A stretch of 55,764 bases of DNA from a virus (taxonomy: Duplodnaviria > Caudoviricetes): the IMG/VR virus record IMGVR_UViG_3300012952_000026, positions 1 through 55,764 of that record, one strand, 5' to 3'. The notes under the pieces were generated by a model. The model was given only the letters and a program-made list of their open reading frames with translations, ran no database searches and had not been told where the DNA came from. The position numbers and the translations under genes were made by a program. How positions within the stretch are numbered: position 1 is the stretch's first letter; every line of letters starts with the position of its first letter. Positions 19,331-29,300 of this stretch are shown in pieces.

Positions 19331-22114
19331 TTATACTTCCTCTAACTCAACTTCAAAACTTACCTTAAAATCATAATGATCAGCTGTAGAATATTCATTT
19401 AATAAATGTAAATTTGACCAACTATTTAATTCAATATCACTTAAGTCAATAACAAAATCATTTTCAACGTCTACTAAAATATTTATAATTTTTTCAAACT
19501 TTGAAGCTTGTAAAATCTCATACGTAAACTTATCACCATTAAAAAATATAGACTTATTGAGTAACAGGCTTCGAGATGACTTAAATCTTCTTCTTCCAAA
19601 TTTATTATTAATTATTTTTCTTGCACCAGAATCAGGACCTTTTCTGTTTGATATAAATGTTGTCTCTGACATGTCTATCCCATATACCCTATAGATATAC
19701 TCTTTTAAAACATCGCTTTCAATTCCATTTTTTATAATCTTATCTACACTTTCAATTGAATCAACACTCATAAAATCTTCAATATCTTTAAATGAATTTT
19801 TAAACTTTATTAACTTCATATTGTTTGAAATAAACTCGTTAAACGATGTGCTTGCTACTATATCATCTGTTGTCTCAAACAATAATTCACGATTAGAAGT
19901 ATTTGTTAGGCCTGCAATTTCGTAACTATTTAATGCAGCAAAAGATGATATATCAAATTCAAACTCAAGCGGTTTAAATTTTATACCATCAAATACTGCA
20001 AGCTCTTTTTCTATAAATATTTTTAACTTTACGATATGATCACCAGAAACTTTTTCTAAATTAGAAATGGCATTCTTTATTGCATTATCTTTTATTCCAA
20101 TTGAAAAGATTTTTTTCTTTCTTTCACATTGGCTTTTTTTGCTCATTTTACATTTATCTTCAGTCATATAACTTTGTAATAGTTTATAACTTCCAGTTTT
20201 TGCTAAATTAAATTTTTGAGGTGTAAATCTATCTTCATGTTGCTGAAGCAAATCAAAGAAGTGCCTAATTCTAAATCCGTGCTTGTAATTATGATCAGAC
20301 AAAAGATGCTTATGTGGAAGCATTGCTTTTAGAGCTTCGTTATTCATATATTTAACTTTGCTAATATCATTTTCAATATTTGAAAATAGAACTTCAATTG
20401 ATTTTAATCCTGCAACGTGGCGTGCTATGTGGTAATGTGAATCAGCACATATAAGATAAATTCCTTTTAATGAATCATGAAGTGGATTATCAGTCCTGTT
20501 TGTATTCTTGTTATCAAATGTCTTGCCCAATTCCCAATTAATATCATCGTCTAGATTCGTATAATTTTTATGGACATGGTTTCCCATATACAGCTCTGTT
20601 TTTGTTTCAATATAAGAACTCCGCGCAACAAGAGACATCATATTTAAAACTATTAGTAATATACATGTTTCTGTCTCATTAGTTCCATCACCCCATTTTT
20701 CATTTAGCGATTTTACAGCTTCAAATATTCGTGATTTATTTTGTGAGCCTTTTACTGTGTATGAATGGTTTTTATAATAATTATTTGTATCACCGGCTAT
20801 TAATGTTTCATGGAACTCATCCTCTGGTGAAAAAGCATACGAATGACTACCATCATCTGCGCTTACAACAGATGTCTTTTTATAATAGTTTTCATAATAC
20901 CCTGCAACTTGTTTTATTCCACGAGTATAGCCGGGCCTATTTCTTAATATACTAACAAAAATATCATCTAAGCAGTCAGTCCAATCACTGTCAGGAAAAA
21001 TACCAGCCCAAACATCTCCTAATTTTCTATAAAAATTATCAATAAATGTGTGCTCTTTAAAAAATCCATTATTAGAATAATAAATATCAATAAAAGTATC
21101 TATAAATAATTCTAACATTGTTTTTATTTGTGTTATCTCATTGATCTCAAAACTTGTTTTTTGATTTTCAACAGTATTATCAAAAATATCCTCTAGGTAC
21201 TCTTCATATCCCTTGTACTTGCCATGCTTTGATTCTCGTTTAAAAAAATTATATCCGCTATTTCTCTCTGGTGTTAATATATCTTTTACTTGTTTTGTCC
21301 ACTCATCAAGATTTATTATATTTGGTTTTGTTTTTCTTGCATAAGAATGACCAAGCATAAAAAATAAAAACGCTATTCTTTCTCTTATATTAGAAAAATC
21401 ATCCAATAAAGAAATCACAGTGTCAATTGAATAATCTAATTCACCATTAAAAAACGATACTAAATTATCTGATGCTGCGTCGTAATTGCCTTTTCTTACT
21501 GTTTTTGCAAGTGATCCAATTGATTTTCTTGTCATGTTATAAAGACCATTTGGAATGCCCCATCCAACCAAACCTGATTTCATAGATGTGTCAATTGTTG
21601 CCATGTTATAATGAAAATCAGGAATATGTTTTTTAATCTTGTCTTTTAAATTATATTGATTATTAGTTACGCTATAGTTCTCTATCCTGCTAAATGCTCC
21701 AGCAAAAAGCTCAGATGTACTAAATAACAATTCAACAGCCTGAAATGATGTGTCTGTATAATAGTCAAAATTTCTTCCAAGTGCCCTGTATTGCCAAAAA
21801 GTTGGCAGCTTTAAAAGTTTGTTTGATGAAACAAGCCTTCTTGTTCCTTGAGTATCATCAAATGATTCAAGCACTTCTGGTGTTTCATCACCAAAACTAA
21901 CATTAAAAAGGCCGTGAAATTTTCTTTTAATAAACCTTCTGTTTCTTAAGAATGCATTTGCTCTTAAATCAACAATTTCTCCAGTGGGTGTATTTTTTCC
22001 TTCATCATCTAATAATGGTAAAAAATCTAAAATAGATATAATTTCTGGCGCAGGAACGTGATATATTTGAATTTTAGGTATTGGTACAAAATTATTTGGC
22101 TTAATTATTCCCAT
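19331..22114 (-). CDS. Large hypothetical protein (927 aa)
   Basis: Long ORF abutting its neighbours within 1-2 nt; no motif recognised. Confidence 0.75.
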   Translation of the reverse strand: MGIIKPNNFVPIPKIQIYHVPAPEIISILDFLPLLDDEGKNTPTGEIVDLRANAFLRNRRFIKRKFHGLFNVSFGDETPEVLESFDDTQGTRRLVSSNKLLKLPTFWQYRALGRNFDYYTDTSFQAVELLFSTSELFAGAFSRIENYSVTNNQYNLKDKIKKHIPDFHYNMATIDTSMKSGLVGWGIPNGLYNMTRKSIGSLAKTVRKGNYDAASDNLVSFFNGELDYSIDTVISLLDDFSNIRERIAFLFFMLGHSYARKTKPNIINLDEWTKQVKDILTPERNSGYNFFKRESKHGKYKGYEEYLEDIFDNTVENQKTSFEINEITQIKTMLELFIDTFIDIYYSNNGFFKEHTFIDNFYRKLGDVWAGIFPDSDWTDCLDDIFVSILRNRPGYTRGIKQVAGYYENYYKKTSVVSADDGSHSYAFSPEDEFHETLIAGDTNNYYKNHSYTVKGSQNKSRIFEAVKSLNEKWGDGTNETETCILLIVLNMMSLVARSSYIETKTELYMGNHVHKNYTNLDDDINWELGKTFDNKNTNRTDNPLHDSLKGIYLICADSHYHIARHVAGLKSIEVLFSNIENDISKVKYMNNEALKAMLPHKHLLSDHNYKHGFRIRHFFDLLQQHEDRFTPQKFNLAKTGSYKLLQSYMTEDKCKMSKKSQCERKKKIFSIGIKDNAIKNAISNLEKVSGDHIVKLKIFIEKELAVFDGIKFKPLEFEFDISSFAALNSYEIAGLTNTSNRELLFETTDDIVASTSFNEFISNNMKLIKFKNSFKDIEDFMSVDSIESVDKIIKNGIESDVLKEYIYRVYGIDMSETTFISNRKGPDSGARKIINNKFGRRRFKSSRSLLLNKSIFFNGDKFTYEILQASKFEKIINILVDVENDFVIDLSDIELNSWSNLHLLNEYSTADHYDFKVSFEVELEEV

Positions 22115-22115
22115 T

Positions 22116-24266
22116 TTATATTCCTTGCATGTAATGATATTTTGTTTTATCTACACTATTTTCTTCACCAAAATAAAATGAACCAATATATGTTTCAGTT
22201 AGTACTTGCATGTCTTTTTTTACAGGAACTATTGAATATAAAACATTTCCAGTATTTTCTCTTGTTATATTGTCTGTAAAATTAATTCTACGTGAGGGAG
22301 ATAGTGCACTTATAAAATACATCTTGTCAATTGTTTGAACTTTCACTAAAAAACAATCTAAATCTGTAAGACCATGTGCACTGAATGATATGACGGGCCT
22401 CTTTCTAATTTCTATAATTTTTTCATTCTTAATTATTGGATCAGATTTTCTTTCAAAATAAATAGGATTACAATTTACTATTCCTGTTTTGCCATGTTCT
22501 ATTATTTTTTCAAAGCGCTCTGCCATAGACCTGCCATAAACAAGCGTACTGTCAAAAATAGAGTATTGATTTAAAAACTTTTCATTAAAATTTAAATCAA
22601 AATTATTATTTAAATGTGCATCTGAAATAAAATCAGAGAACTTTCCTTTATTTTGAAACGTAAATTTTGATGTTGCTGAAATGTCTGCTATGATTTGCCT
22701 TATTGGCCGTGCAAATAGAGAGCTTGTATATGTGTAATTCCCAGAGTCTCTTAATCTATCCCTTATTACTATCTTACCGTCATTATTGACATCGCCAAAA
22801 AATCCAAGTATTTTTTCAGCGCCAGTATCAGTATTTGTTCTTACAACATGTGAAAGTAAAATATAGTCATAATTATTTATTAGTGATTCTAAGTCTGCAT
22901 CAGTCATGCTTGGTGAATCATTAAAAAATGATGAATAAAGAATCGACGCATCAGACTTTTCAGACGCAGGAACAATAGTAATTGTAGCTCTTCCACTTGC
23001 ATCTACAGAAACATCAGTTGTCATTGAAAATTTTTCAGATGGGAATATGTATTCAATTAATTTAGTTTTATTTGATTCATAGCGAAGTCCACCCTTTGAA
23101 AAATACACCAAGTAATATGAATAAGTTTGCCTATGAAGTGCAGTGTAATCTGCAAAATATGACGCATTTTGAACATTTTTTGCAATAGTTTCTTCAAAAT
23201 TAGAAACCATATTTTTTCTTATTAATTCTGCATAAACTACATCTACATTATCAAATATAAACTGAACATTGACATAATCATCTTTTTGATTACAAACAAT
23301 CGTAGGATGTTTTTTCATATTTATTTTTTCAAAATCACCAACTGCACAAGACGAATAAGATGTATTTTCATATAGGACATCTAATCCATGCCCCTGGACC
23401 CTATATATTGTTGGAAGTGAAGCTGGAAGCTTTACAATAGTACTTGAAGAATCTGATGCATTGAAAACGCCACATGTTTTAAAATTTCTAGATGTTGCGC
23501 TTTTTGATAAAACTTTTAATTTTTTAATTTTTTTATCTGGGTGTGAAATGTTTAAAACATGCTGCCCTGGTGCTTCACCGCCAGTTACTGTTGGAACTGT
23601 GCTTGGTGCAAGAAACTTTAATAATTTTTCCCTGCAGTCAATATCTCCTTCAGTATATGAGCGGGGCATATTGTTTTTTCCTGTCTCTGATAATACAAAA
23701 TTTAAAGTTTCAACATTAAACCATACAGGAACAATAAATTGAGCGTTTAATGTTTTTAATCTTTTTCGTATTTTTCTTTTTACATGTGTTGTATCATCTT
23801 GATAGACATCATAAATAAATTCTGAATCTTTTAATGCAGAAATACCAGTAAGGCTGTTGTATGATGATGGTGCCACTTTTGTTATAGCTGCACTAATGGG
23901 GTCAATATTATTTTTAACTTTATCTCTTAATTGCTGTGTTACTAGCTCCTTGTCTATTCCTGCCAATTTTGTTGATTGCGAATTATGTGCAAAAGAAGAT
24001 TGTGTGTCTTCAAAATTCATATTATTAGGAAAAGCTTTTGTAACATCAAATGAAAGTTTTCTTTTGAATGGATAGGCGGGCCATTGAGATTCACCAAAAA
24101 TATCAACAGCTACTTCAATTATATTGTCTCTGAACATTTTTCTTGCGTCTACATGAATTCTAACATTATAAACTGTGTAGTATTTTGCTTTTTTAATAAT
24201 AAAAATATCATCATCATTTATTTTAAAATAAGCTTTTCTTAGCTTATGCGAAACTATCATTGCCAT
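22116..24266 (-). CDS. Large hypothetical protein, possibly with Ig/FN3-like repeats
   Basis: Recurring F/I-x-D...Y-x-Y patterns (FADYT..QTYSYY, IRDR..NYTYT, FTDN..VLYSIVP); TAATG overlap with the upstream gene. Confidence 0.7.
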   Translation of the reverse strand: MAMIVSHKLRKAYFKINDDDIFIIKKAKYYTVYNVRIHVDARKMFRDNIIEVAVDIFGESQWPAYPFKRKLSFDVTKAFPNNMNFEDTQSSFAHNSQSTKLAGIDKELVTQQLRDKVKNNIDPISAAITKVAPSSYNSLTGISALKDSEFIYDVYQDDTTHVKRKIRKRLKTLNAQFIVPVWFNVETLNFVLSETGKNNMPRSYTEGDIDCREKLLKFLAPSTVPTVTGGEAPGQHVLNISHPDKKIKKLKVLSKSATSRNFKTCGVFNASDSSSTIVKLPASLPTIYRVQGHGLDVLYENTSYSSCAVGDFEKINMKKHPTIVCNQKDDYVNVQFIFDNVDVVYAELIRKNMVSNFEETIAKNVQNASYFADYTALHRQTYSYYLVYFSKGGLRYESNKTKLIEYIFPSEKFSMTTDVSVDASGRATITIVPASEKSDASILYSSFFNDSPSMTDADLESLINNYDYILLSHVVRTNTDTGAEKILGFFGDVNNDGKIVIRDRLRDSGNYTYTSSLFARPIRQIIADISATSKFTFQNKGKFSDFISDAHLNNNFDLNFNEKFLNQYSIFDSTLVYGRSMAERFEKIIEHGKTGIVNCNPIYFERKSDPIIKNEKIIEIRKRPVISFSAHGLTDLDCFLVKVQTIDKMYFISALSPSRRINFTDNITRENTGNVLYSIVPVKKDMQVLTETYIGSFYFGEENSVDKTKYHYMQGI

Positions 24267-25216
24267 TATTTATTCTCCATCAAAAGAGTAAACATGTTAA
24301 TAAATGTTGGCTGATTGTATTTATCAATCATTACCTTCCCAACAAACACAACATAGTATGATCTTTTCCCAATTTTTATATTGCCGTAATCAATTGTGTC
24401 TAATTTTGTTATTTTTTTATCATTCTCATTTGTTTCAAATATTTGAATAAATGAATTATTTGACCTTGATATGTTCCTTAAACTAATAGTTAGTGTTTGA
24501 GATTTTCTTAGCTCTCTGTATAGTTGCCTGTCTAAAATCCTTTTACCATTTGGCGTATCATTATAGTCTACATAGCTGCCATTTCTTGTTTTATCATTAT
24601 TATTTATTGGTGGTAAAAATTGAAAATTATCAACATGTGCAAGTTTTTCATCTAAAATAAATGCACTTGACTCCTCTAATGTTCCAGTGCTTTTTCCAGA
24701 TGAAAATGAAGTTGAATCAGAAATTGTAAAGTGATCTTTTCTAATATTTCTTATATAAAACCCTTCTTTTGTTCTTGATTTTCTTATTAAGTTACCATCG
24801 TTAGTTGTTATAATATTTAAATCATAAAAACTTTCAAGTGATGCATCCGTTAATGATGTAACAGCGCTTGAGAATGCCTCTGCAGTTATCACAACAGACG
24901 GTGCTGCTGTTCCATCACCAGACAACAGTAAAGAACCTTCTGGTGTCATACTTGTTTTTCCACCCTGAAACGCTAACATATTTCCGCTATCGTCAGTTTC
25001 AAATACAATATTGTCTTGATATCTATTCGCTGCCTCAAAAGATAAGCGAATGGTTGCATCTGAAGAGCCGGATAATATATCACCTTCATAAAATGCAGTG
25101 CCATCTGTAAATGACGCATACTTAATTTGAAATTGACCTGAAGCCAGTTGTCGTTTCCCTTCTTGGGTGACAATTGTATCCATAACTCGTTTTTTATTAT
25201 CTAATATTCCGGCCAT
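24266..25216 (-). CDS. Virion tail/baseplate protein, N-terminus paralogous to 16843..17547
   Basis: MAGILDNKKRVMDTIVTQEGKRQLASGQFQIKYASFTD compared with MGFLRHDTNDIMLDAVLTDKGRELLARNDGSFSIVKFALSD. Confidence 0.7.
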   Translation of the reverse strand: MAGILDNKKRVMDTIVTQEGKRQLASGQFQIKYASFTDGTAFYEGDILSGSSDATIRLSFEAANRYQDNIVFETDDSGNMLAFQGGKTSMTPEGSLLLSGDGTAAPSVVITAEAFSSAVTSLTDASLESFYDLNIITTNDGNLIRKSRTKEGFYIRNIRKDHFTISDSTSFSSGKSTGTLEESSAFILDEKLAHVDNFQFLPPINNNDKTRNGSYVDYNDTPNGKRILDRQLYRELRKSQTLTISLRNISRSNNSFIQIFETNENDKKITKLDTIDYGNIKIGKRSYYVVFVGKVMIDKYNQPTFINMFTLLMENK

Positions 25217-25233
25217 TTTAATCTCAACATATA

Positions 25234-26388
25234 TTAAATATTGTTTTTAGCTAATTCTAAGATTAGTTTTTTTAACTCATCAATTTGTGATTGCTGATGG
25301 TTTATTATAGCCTGCTGCTCTTTAATTGCACTGATTATTATTGCATTCCACGCTGGGCTTGTGGTTTTTAACTGCAACATATCTGTGCTACTATCTTTTA
25401 ATATCAGCTCTGGATATGCTTCTTTAATATTTTGAGCTATAAAACCCGTCTCTCTTTTTCCAGTTTCATTTAATTCAAATGTTACAGGTGTTATATTTTT
25501 TATTACGTCTTGCATGTTCTCCAAATATATGATATTGCTTTTTAGTCTAATGTCTGAAAATTTTCCTATTTCGCCTGATAGTTGTATATTGCCATCAGCT
25601 ATAATATCACCATTGACATGAATATCACTTTTTGTTTGTGTCGTGCCAATAATAACATCATGTGGAATACTTACAGCTTTAATATTTCCTTTAATATCTT
25701 TAATTGGAATATATTTTGACTCATTTATTTTTTTTCTTGGGAGCTTAATTTTATTTGACAGTCTTGTTTTTTTCTTTGTTACATCAGGTATTTCAGCTGG
25801 GTCACCCTTTAAATCAACAATAAAATCAGCCTCTGTTTTAGAATCTGAATGCCCTTTTACAGACTTCCATATTGAAAAAGCAGAATCACCGTCTAAACCG
25901 TCTGACCCAGGGAGACCTATGACACCTTGGATGCCCTGAATACCCTGGTCACCTTTCAATGAATCTAATTGTGATGCTGTAAAATCACCGAACGTAAAAG
26001 CGTCGCCTTTATCGCCCTGTAATCCTTGAATACCCTGGATACCTACATCTCCTTGCAATCCTTGAATACCCTGAATACCTGCATCGCCCTGTAATCCTTG
26101 GATGCCCTGTAATCCTTGGATGCCCTGAATACCCTGGTCACCTTTTAATGAATCTAATTGTGAAGCTGTAAAATCACTGAATGTGAATGCATCACCTTTG
26201 TCGCCTTTTACACCTTGTGGACCTTGAGGACCTGCTGAAATTGCAGCAACATCGGCAGCTAGCGTTGCAATTGCCGCTGTGTTACTGTCTGCTGTTGCCT
26301 GCGCAGTGTCTGCTTTTGTTACTGCGGTTGAGGCAAGATTATTTGCTGAAGTTGCAAGATTGTTTGCCTGTTGTGCCGTTACTGCCAT
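25234..26388 (-). CDS. Collagen-like fibre protein with C-terminal peptidase S74 intramolecular chaperone domain
   Basis: Gly-X-Y tracts (GIQGLQGD...), then SDIRLKSNI...PVTFE...GFIAQ...YPEL...AIKEQQ and a coiled-coil end. Confidence 0.85.
   Translation of the reverse strand: MAVTAQQANNLATSANNLASTAVTKADTAQATADSNTAAIATLAADVAAISAGPQGPQGVKGDKGDAFTFSDFTASQLDSLKGDQGIQGIQGLQGIQGLQGDAGIQGIQGLQGDVGIQGIQGLQGDKGDAFTFGDFTASQLDSLKGDQGIQGIQGVIGLPGSDGLDGDSAFSIWKSVKGHSDSKTEADFIVDLKGDPAEIPDVTKKKTRLSNKIKLPRKKINESKYIPIKDIKGNIKAVSIPHDVIIGTTQTKSDIHVNGDIIADGNIQLSGEIGKFSDIRLKSNIIYLENMQDVIKNITPVTFELNETGKRETGFIAQNIKEAYPELILKDSSTDMLQLKTTSPAWNAIIISAIKEQQAIINHQQSQIDELKKLILELAKNNI
25925..26205. repeat. Imperfect 92-bp direct repeat (25925-26016 and 26114-26205) flanking 9/18/27-bp collagen codon repeats
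   Basis: Encodes two copies of GDKGDAFTF(S/G)DFTASQLDSLKGDQGIQGIQG. Confidence 0.85.
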
Positions 26389-26392
26389 TTTT

Positions 26393-29300
26393 TTACTCCA
26401 CTGAATCTAAGTCATAAGACCTGTTATGCGGCATACCATCATCAATAAATGGCATTGAAGAAGTTGCATGATTATCAACATTAGATGATGACAGCGTGCT
26501 TAGTGGACTAGCCCTGGTCTCCGTATTTGGTTCAACAAACTTTACAGATACCGGGCCACGTGAGACATATGTTTGGTGTGGTAACATGGCAAATTTAAAT
26601 CTTGACTGATCTGTTCTTTTGCCAGCTTTTTTATAAAATCTACTATATGTTCTTTGTTCAAGCATATCTCTAAACTGTCCGTAATGTTGGTGCCTAAATA
26701 CCGCTGATGTCTTTATTGGTGATATGTTTCTAACGCCATATGAAAAATAATTGACTGCATCATCGTTATATGGAATTTCAGGATTAAAACCAAAATAAAA
26801 TTTTGGACCACCCCTCTGTATCACTTCAAACTCACCAATGCCGCTTGAGTCACGTTTATCTTTGTCTTCACTGATTAATGTTGAAACTCCGCCCATAAAC
26901 ATAAATTTCTTTAATTCTTGTCCACTAATTGTTGATACCCTTGGGCCTATTTTTAATGCGTCAAAGTATTGTGTAGTACCATCAAACATATCGAAGGCTG
27001 CACGATAAAAATGGCGCATTGCTGTAGTTGGATCACCATTTGAATCTGTAGGCTCGGTCACCAGCTCTGGGTTACCGGAATCCTCGATAGAATTATAATT
27101 GTGATCATAATATGCACTCGCATGCCTTGTTAAAAGTGAACCGCCGGTTGACCATTCTGAACGTTTTGTTGAATTATCAATTGAAAATGGATACAATGCT
27201 AATGATGATGTCATAAAATTGACATGGTAATTATACCTTACCCAAGAAGCATTTTGATCCATATAACCCGTCGGGTATTCTGCCAAATCAAACTTGTTTG
27301 GATGGTTAACCTCTTCATAGTCTGGATGAACCCACAATTGACTTGCATACGGGTCAATTTTCGTATAATTAGGTTTATCAGTTACAACTGTGAAATCGCC
27401 GGTGAGTGTGAAGGTCCACACAATGAGCAGAAACGTACCTTCATCAGGAACTTGAGTCTGTTTTGCATTCCACAGCTGCCATGTCCTAAGCTGCTGTCCA
27501 TCTAAGTCGTAGTCGAGTGTTCCGTCGCCGTCCAGGTCTACCATGAGGTCGCCGGTTGTAACAGACGAAAATGACGACTCATTTGCTGCAAGTAGTACTT
27601 TATGTGCTCCAGAAGGTATTCCTGACAATGATGTAATTAACGCTGAATCATCAGTTGGATCAAGGTTGGAAACTTTTCGTAGTCCTAACTCTGCAAACAG
27701 TTGCTCCATTGAAGGCAATAGTGTGTCATAGAAACGTTCATTTTCATCAATTGTTCTAACACCACGAAGAAGAGACCATTCAGTGACGTCGTCATCAAGT
27801 GAAGCGTTGTTTCTCACATACCTTCTGAACGCTGAGGTTTCGTTTGTGTTGAACATATTGCCGCTTACATACTCATTAAGCATTGATCCAGAATACAATA
27901 ATCCAGGTTCTATTTCAAACTGATCTAATACAGGATCACTATTCATTGCCTCATGAATTGAAAACGATGTAAGATCTTGGTTTCTTGTCTCATGATATTC
28001 TTTGTTTTCGCTTATCAGTGATCCGTACATTGTCATTGATGCTTTTTCATCTTTTATTGTCACGTATGATGATGATATATAAGCACAATGATAATCACCA
28101 TTTGCTGAATCTGGGTGGCCTTCTTCTTCATTCTGCCAGGGCATGGAAGGAGAATATTCTACGCCAAGAACTAAACTATCACCTGGTAATAAAACATATG
28201 GGGCAATTGTAGATGTCTCTTTTGATGTTTTTGATGATGGGCTTAGTTGCTCAACGAACGCTGTGGTAGTGGGATCATATTTTTTCCATGAAATTCTAAC
28301 CGGCTCACTGTTTCCAGCACCTGTCTTTGACTTAACAAACCTATTTGGAAATTGTGCTTTCATAGCTGGAACGCTATCATATCGAGATTCTCGAAGACAG
28401 CCCCCTCCTGATTTATCTGAGTACACAAAACAGTCTTCTTCATCATGACCTTTTTCTCTTACTCCTGCGAACCATTTATGATAAAAAGATTTAAGTTTAA
28501 TAGCTGGACCAGTTGACAAACCACCTGCAGCAAGTGTCTGCGCTGCTGGGTATTTATTTCTTGACTTAAATGCATTTTGAGATATTGCTGGAATCATTTC
28601 AATTTTTACATCTACTTCTTCGTGAAACTCAACAACATCTGTTTGACCAGGTTCTCTTACCTGAGGATTAGTAGCTGACCAATCGTATTCAAATGATGGA
28701 GAATGATAAAGTTCAATTGTACGCTCGACAGAGCTTGGTGCACCAGATATTGTGCTATATTCTGATGTTGTGTCTGGTGACCAAGATATATTTCTTTGCC
28801 AAAATGCTGCCGAACCAGATGCTATTAATGTACGAATGCTGCCACTTGCAACTTCTTTATACTTTTCAGAGTCTATTAGTGATGATATTTCATGACCAAC
28901 ATTTGAACGTTGATGATATAAAAAGAAAGTAAGACTATCAATTGTCTTTGTACATGAGTGCATGTTTCTTTTGTCATATGTATTAGAATAAATAACTGGA
29001 ACATTTAGCGTTATTTTCTCAAGTAAAAATGGAGAAGATATTGGTAATGTTATTTCCTGCGCTTGTTTTGCAAAATATCTTACATTGTTTGGTGCGTCAT
29101 GAGACATTGTAGGTGATGCAAAAAACTTTGCGTCTGAGTACTGTTCAATATCTACATCATGGCTTACTCTTAAATTATTTGCAGGTATGAACTGAACTGG
29201 GTTATGCACTAATCCTGTATAAAGTGTATCAGGGCCCATATTTCTAACAACTATCTCGTGTTCAGGAACAAATGCAGCTTCTGTTGTATAGTCAATAACA

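Noticed and set aside
25925-26230. Regularly spaced short DNA repeats resembling a CRISPR array or DGR template/variable pair
   Set aside because: They are in-frame collagen codon repeats without unique spacers; differences are mostly third-position rather than adenine-specific, and no reverse transcriptase is present.
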